Positions 35,001-51,600 of a stretch of DNA of 64,000 bases are shown piece by piece. The DNA comes from the human T2T-CHM13v2.0 reference genome, Homo sapiens: NCBI RefSeq assembly GCF_009914755.1, contig NC_060940.1. One strand, written 5' to 3'. Numbering within the stretch: position 1 is the stretch's first letter; each line of letters starts with the position of its first letter. The notes beneath the pieces were generated by a model. The model was not told the origin of the DNA, made no database searches, and saw only the letters and a program-made list of their open reading frames with translations. The position numbers were made by a program, and so were the translations under genes.

Positions 35001-35010
35001 ATGTGCAGTG
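23000..35010 (-). repeat. Divergent alpha satellite (171-bp monomers), predominantly A-type/pJalpha-box
   Basis: Tandem 'ttcaactctgtgagttgaatgcacacatcacaaagaagtttctgagaatgcttctg...ttccttttccaccataggcc' (reverse complement of the usual alphoid consensus). Neighbouring monomers are clearly divergent. No intact CENP-B box seen in this block. Confidence 0.98.
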
Positions 35011-35306
35011 TCTTTTTTTCTTTTTTTTCTTTCTTTTCTTTTTTTTTCTACTTTTTTTTATTATACTTTAAGTTTTAGAGTACATGTGCACATTGTGCAG
35101 GTTAGTTACATATGTATACATGTGCCATGCTGGTGCGCTGCACCCACTAACTCGTCATCTAGCATTAGGTATATCTCCCAATGCTATCCCTCCCCCCTCC
35201 CCCCACCCCACAACAGTCCCCAGAGTGTGATATTCCCCTTCCTGTGACCATGTGATCTCATTGTTCAATTCCCACCTATGAGTGAGAATATGCGGTGTTT
35301 GGTTTT

Positions 35307-39094
<3,788 letters not shown>

Positions 39095-39157
39095 TATGAT
39101 GTTAGCTGGTGATTTTGCTCATTAGTTGATGCAGTTTCTTCCTAGTCTCGATGGTCT

Positions 39158-40174
39158 TTACATTTTGGCATGATTTTGCAGCAGCGGGTACCGGTTGTTC
39201 CTTTCCATGTTTAGCACTTCCTTCAGGAGCTCTTTTAAGGCAGGCCTGGTGGTGACAAAATCTCTCAGCATTTGCTTGTCTGTGAAGTATTTTATTTCTC
39301 CTTCACTTATGAAGCTTAGTTTTGCTGGATATGAAATTCTGGGTTGAAAATTCTTTTCTTTAAGAATGTTGAATATTGGCCCCCACTCTCTTCTGGCTTG
39401 TAGGGTTTCTGCCGAGAGATCAGCTGTTAGTCTGATGGGCTTCCCTTTGAGGGTAACCCGACCTTTCTCTCTGGCTGCCCTTAACATTTTTTCCTTCATT
39501 TCAACTTTGGTGAATCTGACAATTATGTGTCTTGGAGTTGCTCTTCTCGAGGAGTATCTTTGTGGCGTTCTCTGTATTTCCTGAATCTGAACGTTGGCCT
39601 GCCTTGCTAGATTTGGGAAGTTCTCCTTGATAATATCCTGCAGAGTGTTTTCCAACTTGGTTCCATTCTCCCCATCACTTTCAGGTACACCAATCAGACG
39701 TAGATTTGGTCTTTTCACATAGTCCCACATTTCTTGGAGGCTTTGCTCATTTCTTTTTATTCTTTTTTCTCTAAACTTCCCTTCTCGCTTCATTTCATTC
39801 ATTTCATCTTCCATTGCTGATACCCTTTCTTCCAGTTGATTGCATCGGCTCCTGAGGCTTCTGCATTCTTCACGTAGTTCTTGAGCCTTGGTTTTCAGCT
39901 CCATCAGCTCCTTTAAGCACTTCTCTGTATTGGTTATTCTAGTTATACATTCTTCTAAATTTTTTTCAAAGTTTTCAACTTCTTTGCCTTTGGTTTGAAT
40001 GTCCTCCCGTAGCTCAGAGTAATTTGATCGTCTGAAGCCTTCTTCTCTCAGCTCGTCAAAGTCATTCTCCATCCAGCTTTGTTCCATTGCTGGTGAGGAA
40101 CTGCTTTCCTTTGGAGGAGGAGAGGCGCTTTGCGTTTTAGAGTTTCCAGTTTTTCTGTTCTGTTTTCTCCCCAT
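39158..40174 (-). CDS. L1 ORF1p, intact 338 aa
   Basis: MGRKQNRKTGNSK...REKG...ARR...YPAKLS...QNHAKM; full canonical length with no stop. Confidence 0.9.
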   Translation of the reverse strand: MGRKQNRKTGNSKTQSASPPPKESSSSPAMEQSWMENDFDELREEGFRRSNYSELREDIQTKGKEVENFEKNLEECITRITNTEKCLKELMELKTKAQELREECRSLRSRCNQLEERVSAMEDEMNEMKREGKFREKRIKRNEQSLQEMWDYVKRPNLRLIGVPESDGENGTKLENTLQDIIKENFPNLARQANVQIQEIQRTPQRYSSRRATPRHIIVRFTKVEMKEKMLRAAREKGRVTLKGKPIRLTADLSAETLQARREWGPIFNILKEKNFQPRISYPAKLSFISEGEIKYFTDKQMLRDFVTTRPALKELLKEVLNMERNNRYPLLQNHAKM

Positions 40175-41903
40175 CTTTGTGGTTTTATCTATTTTTGGTC
40201 TTTGATGATGGTGATGTACAGATGGGTTTTCAGTGTGGATGTCCTTTCTGTTTGTTAGTATTCCTTCTAACAGACAGGACCCTCAGCTGCAGGTCTGTTG
40301 GAATACCCTGCCCTGTGAGGTGTCAGTGTGCCCCTGCTGGGGGGTGCCTCCCAGTTAGGCTGCTTGGGGATCAGGGGTCAGGGACCCACTTGAGGAGGCA
40401 GTCTGCCGGTTCTCAGATCTCCAGCTGTGTGCTGGGAGAACCACTGCTCTCTTCAAAGCTGTCAGACAGGGACACTTAAGTCTGCAGAGGTTACTGCTGT
40501 CTTTTTGTTTGTCTGTGCCCTGCCCCCAGAGGTGGAGCCTACAGAGGCAGGCAGGCCTCCTTGAGCTGTGGTGGGCTCCACCCAGTTCGAGTTCCTGGCT
40601 GCTTTGTTTACCTAAGCAAGCCTGGGCAATGGCGGGCGCCCCTCCCCCAGCCTCGCTGCCGCCTTGCAGTTTGATCTCAGACTGCTGTGCTAGCAATCAG
40701 TGAGATTCCGTGGGTGTAGGACCCTTCGAGCCAGGTGTGGGATATAATCTCGTGGTTCGCCGTTTTTAAGCCGGTCTGAAAAGCGCAATATTTGGGTGGG
40801 AGTGACCCGATTTTCCAGGTGCATCCGTCACCCCTTTCTTTGACTAGGAAAGGGAACTCCCTGACCCCTTGTGCTTCCCAAGTGAGTCAATGCCTCACCC
40901 TGCTTCAGCTTGTGCACGGTGCATGCACCCACTGGCCTGCACTCACTGTCTGGCACTCCCTAGTGAGATAAACCCGGTACCTCAGATGGAAATGCAGAAA
41001 TCGCCCGTCTTCTGTGTTGCTCACGCTGGGAGCTGTACACCGGAGCTGTTCCTATTCGGCCATCTTGACTCCTCCCTCTCTGTGTAGTCTTTATGTGAAA
41101 ATAATCCTTTTTCCACAATAGGCCTCAAAAGGCTCAAAATATCCACTTGCAGCTTCTTCAAAAAGAGTGTTTCAAAACTGCTAAATCATAAGAAAGGTTC
41201 AACACTGTGAGATGAATGCACACATCACAAAGAAATTTCTCAAAATGCTTCTGTGTAGTTTTCATCTTAAGCTATCTGCTTTTCCATAACAGGCCTCAAA
41301 GCGCTCCAAATCTCCAATTGCAGATTTTACAAAAAGAGTGTTTCAAAACTGCTCAATCATAAGATAGGTTCAAGCCTATGAGATGAATGCACATCTCACA
41401 AAGAAGATTCTCAGAATGTTTCTGTGTGGTTTTTATTTGAAGATATTTTCTTTTCCAGGATTGGCCACAAAGGGCTCCAAATATCCACGTGCAGATTATG
41501 CAAAAAGAGAGATTGAAAACTGCTCAATCAAAAGATAGGTACAACTCTGTAAGTTGAAAGCACACATCCCAAAGAAGTTTCTCAGAAAGCTTCTGTGTAG
41601 TTTTTATGTGAAGATAGTTGCTTTTCCACAGTAGCCCTCAAAGGGCTCCAATCATCCACATGCAGATTCTGCAAAAAGAGATATTCAAAACTGCTCACTC
41701 AAAAGATAGGTTCAACACTGTGAGTTGAATGCCCACATCACAAAGAAGTTTCTGATAATGCTTCTGAGTAGTTTTTATATGAAGATATTTCCATTTCTAC
41801 AATAGGCGTCAAAGGGTTCTAATTATCCACTTCCCGAATCTACAAAAACGGGGTTTCAAAACTGCTCAATCAAAAGAAAGCTTCAAATCTGTGAGTTGAA
41901 TGT

Positions 41904-41966
41904 GCAGTTTTGAAACAATCTTTTTCTAGAATCTGCAAGTGGATACTTAGAGCGCTTTGAGGCCTA
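41904..41966 (+). repeat. ~63-bp inverted alpha-satellite segment
   Basis: 'gcagttttgaaacaatctttttctagaatctgcaagtggatacttagagcgctttgaggccta' is opposite-strand alpha within a uniformly oriented array. Confidence 0.93.
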
Positions 41967-44900
41967 AGAATACACACATCAGAAAGAAGTTTCTGAGAAG
42001 GTTTCTGTCTTGATTTTTTGTGAAGATATTTCGTTTTCCACCATAGGCCTCAAAGCGTTCCAAATATCCACATTCAGATTCTAAAAAAAGAGTGTTTCAA
42101 AACTGCTCTATCAAAAGAAAGGTTCAACTCTGTGAGTTGAATGCACACATCACAAAGAAGTTTCTGAGAATGCTTCTGTCTAGATTTTATGTGAAGATAT
42201 TTCATTTTCCAACATAAGCCTCCAAAGAAACCAAATATGAACTTGCAGATTATAGAAAAAGAGAGATTCAAAACTGCTCAATCAAAAGATAGGTTCAACT
42301 CTGTGAGTTGAATACTCACATCACAAAGAAGTTTCGGAGAATGCTTCTGTCTAGTTTTTATGTGAAGATAGATCCTTTTCCATCATAGGCCTCAAAGGGA
42401 ACAAAATATCCACTTGCAGATTCTACAGAAAGTGTGTTTCAAAACTGCTCTATCAAAAGATAAGTTCATTACTTTAGTTGAATGCACATATCACCAAAAA
42501 GTTTCTGAGAATGCTTCTGCCTAGTTTTTAAGTCAACATATTTCCTTTTCCACCATAGGCTTCAAAGCCCTCCATATATCCACTTGGAGATTCTACAAAA
42601 AGAGTGTACCAAAACTTTTATCAAAAGAAAGGTTCAACTCTGTGAGTTGAATGCACACATCATAAAGAAGTTTCTGAGAATGCTTTTGTCTAGTTTTTAT
42701 GTGAAGATATTTCCTTTACCACCGCACGCTCCAAAGCGCTCCAAATATCCACTTGAAGATTCTACAGAAAGAGCTTTTTGAAACTGCTCTATCAAAAGAA
42801 AGTTTCAACTCTGTGAGTTGAATACACACATCAGAAAGAAGTTTCTGCGAATGTTTCTGTCTAGTTTTTATTTGAAAATATTTCGTTTTCCAACATAGAC
42901 ATCAACGGAAAGAAAATATCCACATGCAGATTCTATAAAAATAGTGTTTGAAAACTGCTCTATCAAAAGGAAGGTTCAACTCTGTCAGTTGAATGCACAC
43001 ATCACAAAGAAGTTTCTGAGAATGCTTCTGTCTAGTTTTTATGTGAAGATATTTCCTTTTCCAACCTAGGCCTAAAAGCGCTCCAAATATCCACTTGCAG
43101 ATTTTACAAAAAGAGTTTTTCCAAACTACTCTATCAAAAGAAAGGTTCAACTCTGTGAGTTGAATGCACACATCACTAAGAAGTTTCAGAGAATGCTTAT
43201 GTCTAGTTTTTATGTCCATATTTCCTTTTCCACCATAGGCATCAAAGCGCTTCTAATATCCACTTGCAGATTCTACAAATGATTGTTTCACAACTGCTCA
43301 TCAGAGAAAGTTTCAACTCTGTGACTTGAATTCACACATCACAAAGAACTTTCTTAGAATGCTTCTGTCTACTTTTTATGTGAACATATTTCCTTTTAGA
43401 CCATAGGCCTCCAAGCCCTCGAAATATCCACTCACAGATTCTACAAAAAAAGTGTTTCAAACTGTTGTATCAAAAGAAAGTTTCAAATCTGTTAGTAGAA
43501 TGCACAAATCACAAAGAAGTTTCTGATAATGCTTCTGTCTAGTTTTTATGTGAAGATATTTCCTTTTCTACCTTAGGCCTCAAAGAGCTCCGAACATCCA
43601 ATTGCAGATTCTACAATAAGAGTGTTTCAAAACGGCTTTATTAAAAAAAAGTTCAACTCTGGGCGTTGAATGCACACATCAAAAAGAAGTTTCTGAGAAT
43701 GCTTCTGTCTAGTTTTTATGTGGAGATATTTCCTTTTCCACCAGAGGCCTCAAAGCACTTCAAATATCCACTTGCAGATTCTACAAATAGTGTTTCAAAA
43801 CTACTGTATCAAAAGAAAGCTTCAACCCTGTGAGTTGAATGCACACATCACAAAGAAATTTCTGAGAATGCTTCTGTCTCTTGTTTATGAGAAGATGTTT
43901 CCTTTTCCACTATAGGCATCAAAGCACTTCAAATATACCCTAGCAGATTCTAAAAAAAGAGTGTTTCGATACTGATGTATCAAACAAAGTTTCAACTCTG
44001 AGAGTTGAATGCAAACATCACAAAGAAGATTCTGATAATGCTCCTGTCTAATTTCTATGTGAAGTTATTTGGTTTTCCAACACAGGCCTCAAATGGAAGC
44101 AAATATCCACATACAGATTCTACAAAACCAGTTTTTGAAAACTGCTCTATCAAAAGAAATGTTCAAATCTGTGAGTTGAATGCACACATCACAAAGATGT
44201 TTCTTATAATGTTTCTGTCTCGTTTTTATGTAAAGATATTTCCTTTTCCACAATAGGCCTCTAAGGGAACCAAATATTCACTTGCAGATTCTACAAAAAG
44301 AGTATTTCAAAACTGCTCCATCAAAAGAAAGTTTCAACTCTGTGTGTTCAATGTACACATCACAAAGAAGTTTCTGAGAATGCTTCTGTCTAGTTTTTTT
44401 TAAAGATATTTCCTTTTCCACCATAGTCCTCAACACCTCCAAATATCCACTTGCAGCTTCTATAAAAAGATAGTTTCAAAACTTCTCTATCAAAAGAAAG
44501 GTTTACTTCTGTGAGTTGAATGCACACATCACAAAGTAGTTTCTGAGAATGCTTCTGTCCAGTTTTTCTGTGAAGATATTTCCTTTCCCACCGTAGGCCT
44601 CAATGGGAACAAATATCCACTTGCAGATTCCAAAAAAAAAAAGTGTTTCAAAACTGCTCTATCAAAAGAAATGTTCAACTCTACGATTTGAATGCCCACA
44701 TTAGAGAGAGATTTCTGAGAATGCTTCTGTCTAGTGATTGTGTGAAGATATTTTGATTTCCACCATAGTCCTCAAAGCACTACAAATGTCCACTTGCAGA
44801 TTCTACAAGGAGAGTGTTTCAAAACTGCTCTATCAAAAGAAGGGTTCAACTCTGTGAGTTGAATGCACACATCACAAAGAAGTTTCTGAGAATGCTTCTG

Positions 44901-45603
44901 TCCAGATTTTATGTGAAGATATTTCCTTTTCCACCAGAGGCCACAAAGCGCCCCAAATATCCACTTGCAGATTCCACAAAAAGAGTGTTTCAAAACTGCT
45001 CTATCAAAAGATAGTTTCAACTCTCAGTTGAATGCACACATCACAAAGAAGTTTCTGAGAATGCTTCTGTCTAGATTTTATGTGAAGATATTTCCTTTTC
45101 CACCAGAGGCCCCAAAGCGCCCCAAATATCCACTTGCAGATTCCACAAAAAGAGTGTTTCAAAACTGCTCTATCAAAAGATAGTTTCAACTCTCAGTTGA
45201 ATGCACACATCACAAAGAAGTTTATGAGAATTCTTCTGTCTAGTTTTTATGTGAATATATTCTCATTTCCACCGAAGGCCTGAAAGCAATGCATATATCC
45301 ACTTGCAGATACTACAAAAAGAGTTTTTCAAAACTGCTGTATCCAAAGGAATGTTCAACTCTGTGAGTTGAATGCAGACATCACAAAGATGTTTTTGTGA
45401 ATGCTTCTGTCTAGTTTTTATGTGAAGATATTCCCGTTTCCAACAAAAGCCTCAAAGTGCTCCATGTATCCACTTGCAGATTTTACAAAAAGAGTGTTTG
45501 AAAACTACTCTATCAAAAGGAATGTTCAACTCTGTGAGTTGAATGCACACATTACAAAGCAGTTTCTGAGAATGCTTCTGTCTCGTTTTTAATCTGAAGT
45601 TAT

Positions 45604-45620
45604 TCCCGTTTCCAACGAAG
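45604..45620 (-). promoter_or_regulatory. CENP-B box (canonical)
   Basis: TCCCGTTTCCAACGAAG = reverse complement of CTTCGTTGGAAACGGGA. Confidence 0.92.
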
Positions 45621-48600
45621 TCCGCAAAATGGTCCGAATATCCACTTGCAGATTTTACAAAAAGACTGTTTCAAAACTACAGTATCAAAAGGCAGGTTCA
45701 ACTCTGTGAGTTGAATGGACACATCACAATGAAGTTTCTGAGAATGCTTCTGTCTTCTTTTTATGTGAAGATATTCCCATTTGCAAAGAAAGTCTCAAAG
45801 CCGCCCAAATATACCCTTGCAGACACTACAAAAAGAGTGTTTCAAAACTGCTCTGTGAAAAGTTATGTTCAAATCTGTGAGTTGAATGCAAACATCACAA
45901 AGTAGTTTCTGCGAATGCTTCTGTCTACTTTTTATGTGAACATATTTCCTTTTCCACCATAGGCGTTTAAGCCCTACGTATATCCACTTGCAGACTCTAC
46001 AAAAAGATTGTTTTAAAACTGCTGTATCAAAAGAAAGTTTCAACTCTCTGAGTTGAATGCACACATCACAAAGAAGTTTCTGAGAACGTTTCTGTCTAGT
46101 TTTTATGTGAATATATGTCCTTTACACCATAGGCCTCAAAGCGGTCTAAATATCCACTTGCAGATACTATAAAAACAGTGCTTCAAAACTGCTCTATAAA
46201 AGGAAAGGTTCAACTCTGTGAGTTGAATGCACGCATCAAAAAGAAGTTTCTGAGAATGTTTTAGTTAAGTTTTTATGGGAAGTAATTTCCGTTTCCACAG
46301 TAGGCCTCAAAGCACTCCAGATATCAACATGCAGATTCTACAAAAAGAATGTTTCCAAACAGCTCTATCAAAATAAAGGTTCAACTCTGTGTGTTGAATG
46401 CACACATCACAAGGAACTTTCTGATAATGCTTCTGTCTAGCTTTTATGTGAATATATTTCGTTTTCCAACATAGGCCTCAAGAGGTACCAAATATCAACT
46501 CACAGATTATAAGAAAAGAGTTCTTCAAAATTGCTCTATCAAAAGAAACTTTCAACTCTGTGTTTTGAATGCACATATTACAAAGAAGTTTTGGAGAAAG
46601 CTTCTCTCTAGTTTTTATGTGAAAATAGTTTATTTTACATTATAGGCCTCAAAGGGAACAAAATATCCACTTGCAGATTCTACAAAATGTGTGTTTCAAA
46701 ACTGCTCTATCAAAAGATAGGTTCATCTCTGTGAGTTGAATGCACACATCCCAAAGAAGTTTCTCAGAATGCTTATTTGTAGTTTTTATGTGAACATATT
46801 CGATTGCCCACAGTAGGACTAACTGCGCTCCAAATATCCACTTGCAAATTCTACAAAAAGAGTGTCTCAAAAGTGCTCAATCAAAAGAAAGTTTCAAATT
46901 TGTGAGATGAATGCACACATCACAAAGAAGTTTCTCAGAATGCTTCTGTGTAATTTTTGTCTGAAGATATTGCTTTTCCAACATATGCCTCAAAGGGCTC
47001 CAAATATCCAACCGCAGATTCTACAAAAAGAGAGATTCATAGCTGCTCAATCAAAAGATAGGTGCAACTGTGTGAGTTGAATGCCGATATCACAAAGATG
47101 TTTCTCAGAATGCTTCTGAGTAGTTTTTATGTGAATGTATTTCCTTTTCCATAATAGGCCTCAAAGTGTTCCAATTATCCAGTTGCAGATTCTACAAAAA
47201 GAGAGTTTCAAAACTGCTCAAACAAAAGAAATGTTCAACTCTGTGAGATGAATGTGTACATCAGAAAGAAGTTTCTCAGAATGCTTCTATGCAGTTTTTA
47301 TGTGGAGATATTTCCTTTTCCACAACAGGCTTCAAACAGCTCCAAATATCCACTTACAGATGCTACAAACAGAGTGTTTCAAAACTGCTATATCATAAGA
47401 AAGGTTCAACACTGTGAGATGAATGTACGCATCACAAAGAAGTTTCTGAGAATGCTTCTGTGTAGTTTTTATCTGAAGATATTTGCTTTTCCATGATAGG
47501 CCTCAAAGCACTCCATATATCCTATTGCAGATTCTACAAAAAGAATGTTTCAAAACTACTCAAGCATAAGATAGGTTCAAGCCAATGAGACGAATGTACA
47601 CCTCATAAAGAAGCTTCTCAGAATCTCTCTGAGTAGTTTTCATTTGAAGATATTTCCTTTTCCAGCATTGGCCGCAAAGGGCTCCAAATATCCACTTGCA
47701 GATTCTGCAAAAAGAGTTTCAAAACTTCTCACTCAAAAGATAGGTACAACTCTGTGAGTTAAATGCACACATCCCAAAGAAGTTTCTTAGCATGATTCTG
47801 TGTCGTTTTTATGGGAAGATATTTGCTTTTCTGCAGTATAGGCCTCAAAGGGCTCCAAACATTCACCTGCAGATCCTGCAAAAAGAGAGTTTCAAACCTG
47901 CTCAATCAAAAGATAGTTTCAACTCTGTGAGTTGAATGCCCACATCAAAAAGAAGATTCTCAGAATGCGTCTGAGTAGTTTTTATGTGAAGATATTCCCA
48001 TTTCAACAATAGGCATGAAAGGGTTCCAATTATCCAATTGCCGATTCTACCAAAAGTGTGTGTCAAAACTGCTCAATCAAAAGAAAGGTTCAACTCTGTG
48101 AGATGAATGTACACAACACAAAGAAGTTTATCAGAAAGGTTCTGTGTAGTTTTAATGTGAAGATATTTCCTTTTCCACAGTAGGACTCAAAGGGCTCCAA
48201 ATATCCACTTACAGATTCTCCAAAAAGAGTGTTTCAAAACTGCTCTATCAAAAGAAAGGTTCAACTCTGTGAGTTGAATGCACACATCACAAAGTAGTTT
48301 CGGAGAATGCTTCCATCTAGTTTTTATGTGAAGATATTTCCTTTTGCACCGTAGGCCTCAAAGCGCTCCAAATATCCACTTGCGGATTCTACAAAAAGAG
48401 TGTTTCAAAACTACTCTTTCAAAAGAAAGTTTCAACTATTTGAGTTGAATGCACACATCACAAGGAAGTTTCTGAGAATGCTTCTGTCTAGTATTTATGT
48501 GAATATATTTCCTTTTACACCATACCTCCAAGCCCTCCATATAGCCACTTGGAGATTCTACAAAAAGTGTGTTTCAAAACTGCTCTATCAAAAGAAAGGT

Positions 48601-51600
48601 TCAACTATGTGAGTTGAGTGCACACATCACAAAGAGGTTTCTAAGAATGCATCTGTGTAGATTTTTTGTGAAGATATTTCCTTTTCCACCATAGGCCTCA
48701 AAGCACTCAAAACATCCACTTGCAAATTCCAGAAAAAAAGTGTTTCAAAACTGCTCTATCAAAAGAAAGATTAAACTCTGTGAGTTGAATGCGCACATCA
48801 CAAAGAAGTTTCAGAGAATGCTTCTGTCCAGTTTTAATGTGAAGGTATTTCCTTTTCCACTGTAAGCCTCACAGCACTCCAAATATGCACTTCCAATTCT
48901 ACAAACAGAGTGTTTCAAAAATGATCTATCAAAACAAATATTGAACTCTGTGAGTTGAACGCACACATCACAAAGAAGTTTCTGAGAATGCTTCTGTCTA
49001 GTTTATATGTGAACATATTTCCTTTTCCACCATAGGACTCTAAGCCCTCCATATATCCACTTTGAGATTCTACAAAAAGAGTGTTTCAAAACTTCTCTGT
49101 CAAAAGAAAGGTTCAACTCTGTGAGTTGAATGCACACATCACAAAGCAGTTTCTGAGAACGCTTCTGTCTACTTTTTCTGGGAAGATATTCCTTTTCCAC
49201 CATAGGCCTCCAAGCGCTCGAAATATCCACTTGCAGACACTACAAAATGAGTGTTTCAAAACTGCTCTTTTGAAAGAAAGGTTAAACTCTGTGAGTTGAG
49301 TGCACACATCACAAAGAAGTTTCGGAGAATGCTTCTGTCTAGTTTTTATGGGAAGATAATTCCTTTTCCACCTTAGGCCTCAAAGTGCCCCAAGTATCCA
49401 TTTGCAGATTCTACAAAAAGAGAGTTTCAAAACTGCTCTATGAAAGGAAAGGTTCTACTCTGTGTGTAGAATGCATACATCACAAAGAAGTTTCTGAGAA
49501 TGCTTCTTTCTAGATTTTATGTGAAGATAGTAGGTTTTCCAACATAGGCCTCAGAGGGAACAAACTTTCCACTTGCAGATTCTACAAAAAGAGTGTTTCA
49601 AACATGCTCTAATAAAAGAAATTTTCAAATCACTGAGTTGAATGCTCACATCACAAAGAAGTTTCGAAGAATGCTACTGTCCACTTTTCATGTGAAGATA
49701 TTTCCTTTTTAAATCATAGGCGTTAAAGCACTCCAAATATCCATTTGAAGATACTACAAAAAGAGTGTTTCAAAAGTGCTGTGTCAAAAGAAAGATTCAA
49801 CTCTGTGAGTTGAATGCATACATCACAAGGAAGTTTTTGAAAATGCTTCTGTCTAGTTTTTATGTGAAGATATTTCCTTTTCCACCATAGGCCACAAAGG
49901 GCTCCAAATATCCACATGCACAAAGGTTCAACTCTGTGAGTTGAATTCACACATCACAAAGGAGTTTCTGAGAATGCTTCTGTCTAGCTTTTATGTGAAG
50001 ATATTTTGTTTTCCAACATAGGCCTCAAAAGGTACAAAATATCAACTTGCAGATTATACAAAAAGGGTTTTTCAAAACTGCTCTATCAAAAGAAACTTTC
50101 AACTCTGTGTGTTGAATGCACACATAAAAAAGAAGTTTAGGAGAATACCTCTGTCTAGTTTTTATGTGAAGATCGTTCGTTTTCCATTATCGGTCACAAA
50201 GGGAACTAAATATCCACTTGCAGATTCTACAAAATGTGTGTTTCAAAACTGCTCTATCAAAAGATAGGTTCAACTCTGTGAGTTGATTGCACACATCACA
50301 AAGAAGTAACTGAGAATGCTTCTGTCTAGTTTTTATGTGAAGATATTTCCTTTTGCACCGTAGGCCTCAAAGCGCTCCAAATAACCACGTGTAGATTCTA
50401 CAAAAAGCATGTTTCGAAACTGCTCTATCAAAAGAAAGGTTCAACTCTGTGAGTTGAATGCACACATCACAAAGAAGTTTCTGCGAATGCTTCTCTCTAG
50501 TTTTCATGTGAAGATATTTCCTTTTACATCATAGGCCTTAAAGCACTCCAAATATCCATTTGCAGATACTACAAAAATAGTGTTTCAAAACTGCTGTATC
50601 GAAAGAAAGATTCAACTCTGTGAGTTCAATGCACACATAAAAAGCAGTTTTGAGGAATGCTTCTGTGTAATTTTTTGTGAAGATATTTCCTTTTCCACCA
50701 TAGGCCTCAAATCGCTCCAAATATCCACATGCAGATTCTTCAAAAACAGTGTTTCAAAACTGCTTTATCAAAAGAAAGGTTCAGCTTTGTGAGTTGAATG
50801 CACACATCACAAGGTAGTTTCTGAGAATGATTCTGTCTAGCTTTTATGTGATGATATTTCATTTTCCAACATAGGACTCAAAAGTTACCAAATATCAACT
50901 TGCAGATTACATAAAAAGAGTGTTTCAAAACTGCTGTATCAAAAGAAACTTTCAACTCTTTGAGTTGAATGCACACATCACAAAGAAGTTCGGAGAATGC
51001 TTCTCAATACTTTTTATGTGAAAATAGTTCATTTTCCATTATAGACCTCAAAGGGAACGAAATATCCACTTGCAGATTCTACAAAATGTGTTTCAAAACT
51101 GCTCTATCAAAAGATAGGTTAAATTCCGTGAGTTGAATCCGCAGATCACAAAGACGTTTCTGAGAATCCTTCTGTCTAGTTTTTATGTGAAGATATTTCC
51201 TTTTCCACCATAGGCCTCAACGTGCTCCAAATATCCATTTACAGATTCTACAAAAAGAGTATTTCAAAACTACTCTTTCAAAACAATGTTTCAACTATTT
51301 GAGTTGAATACACACATCACAAGGAAGTTTCTGATAATGCTTCTGTTTAGTTTTTATGTGAATACCTTTCCTTTTACACCATAGGCCTCTAAGACCTCCT
51401 TATATCCACTTGGAGATTCTACAAAAAGTGTGTTTCAAAACTGCTCTATCAAAAGAAAGGTTCAACTCTGTGAGCTGAATGCACACATCACAAAGAAGTT
51501 TTTGTGAATGCTTCTCTCTAGTTTTCATGTGAAGATATTTCCTTTTCTAACTTAGGCCTCAAAGCACTTCTTATATCCACTTGCAGCTTCTACAAAAGAG

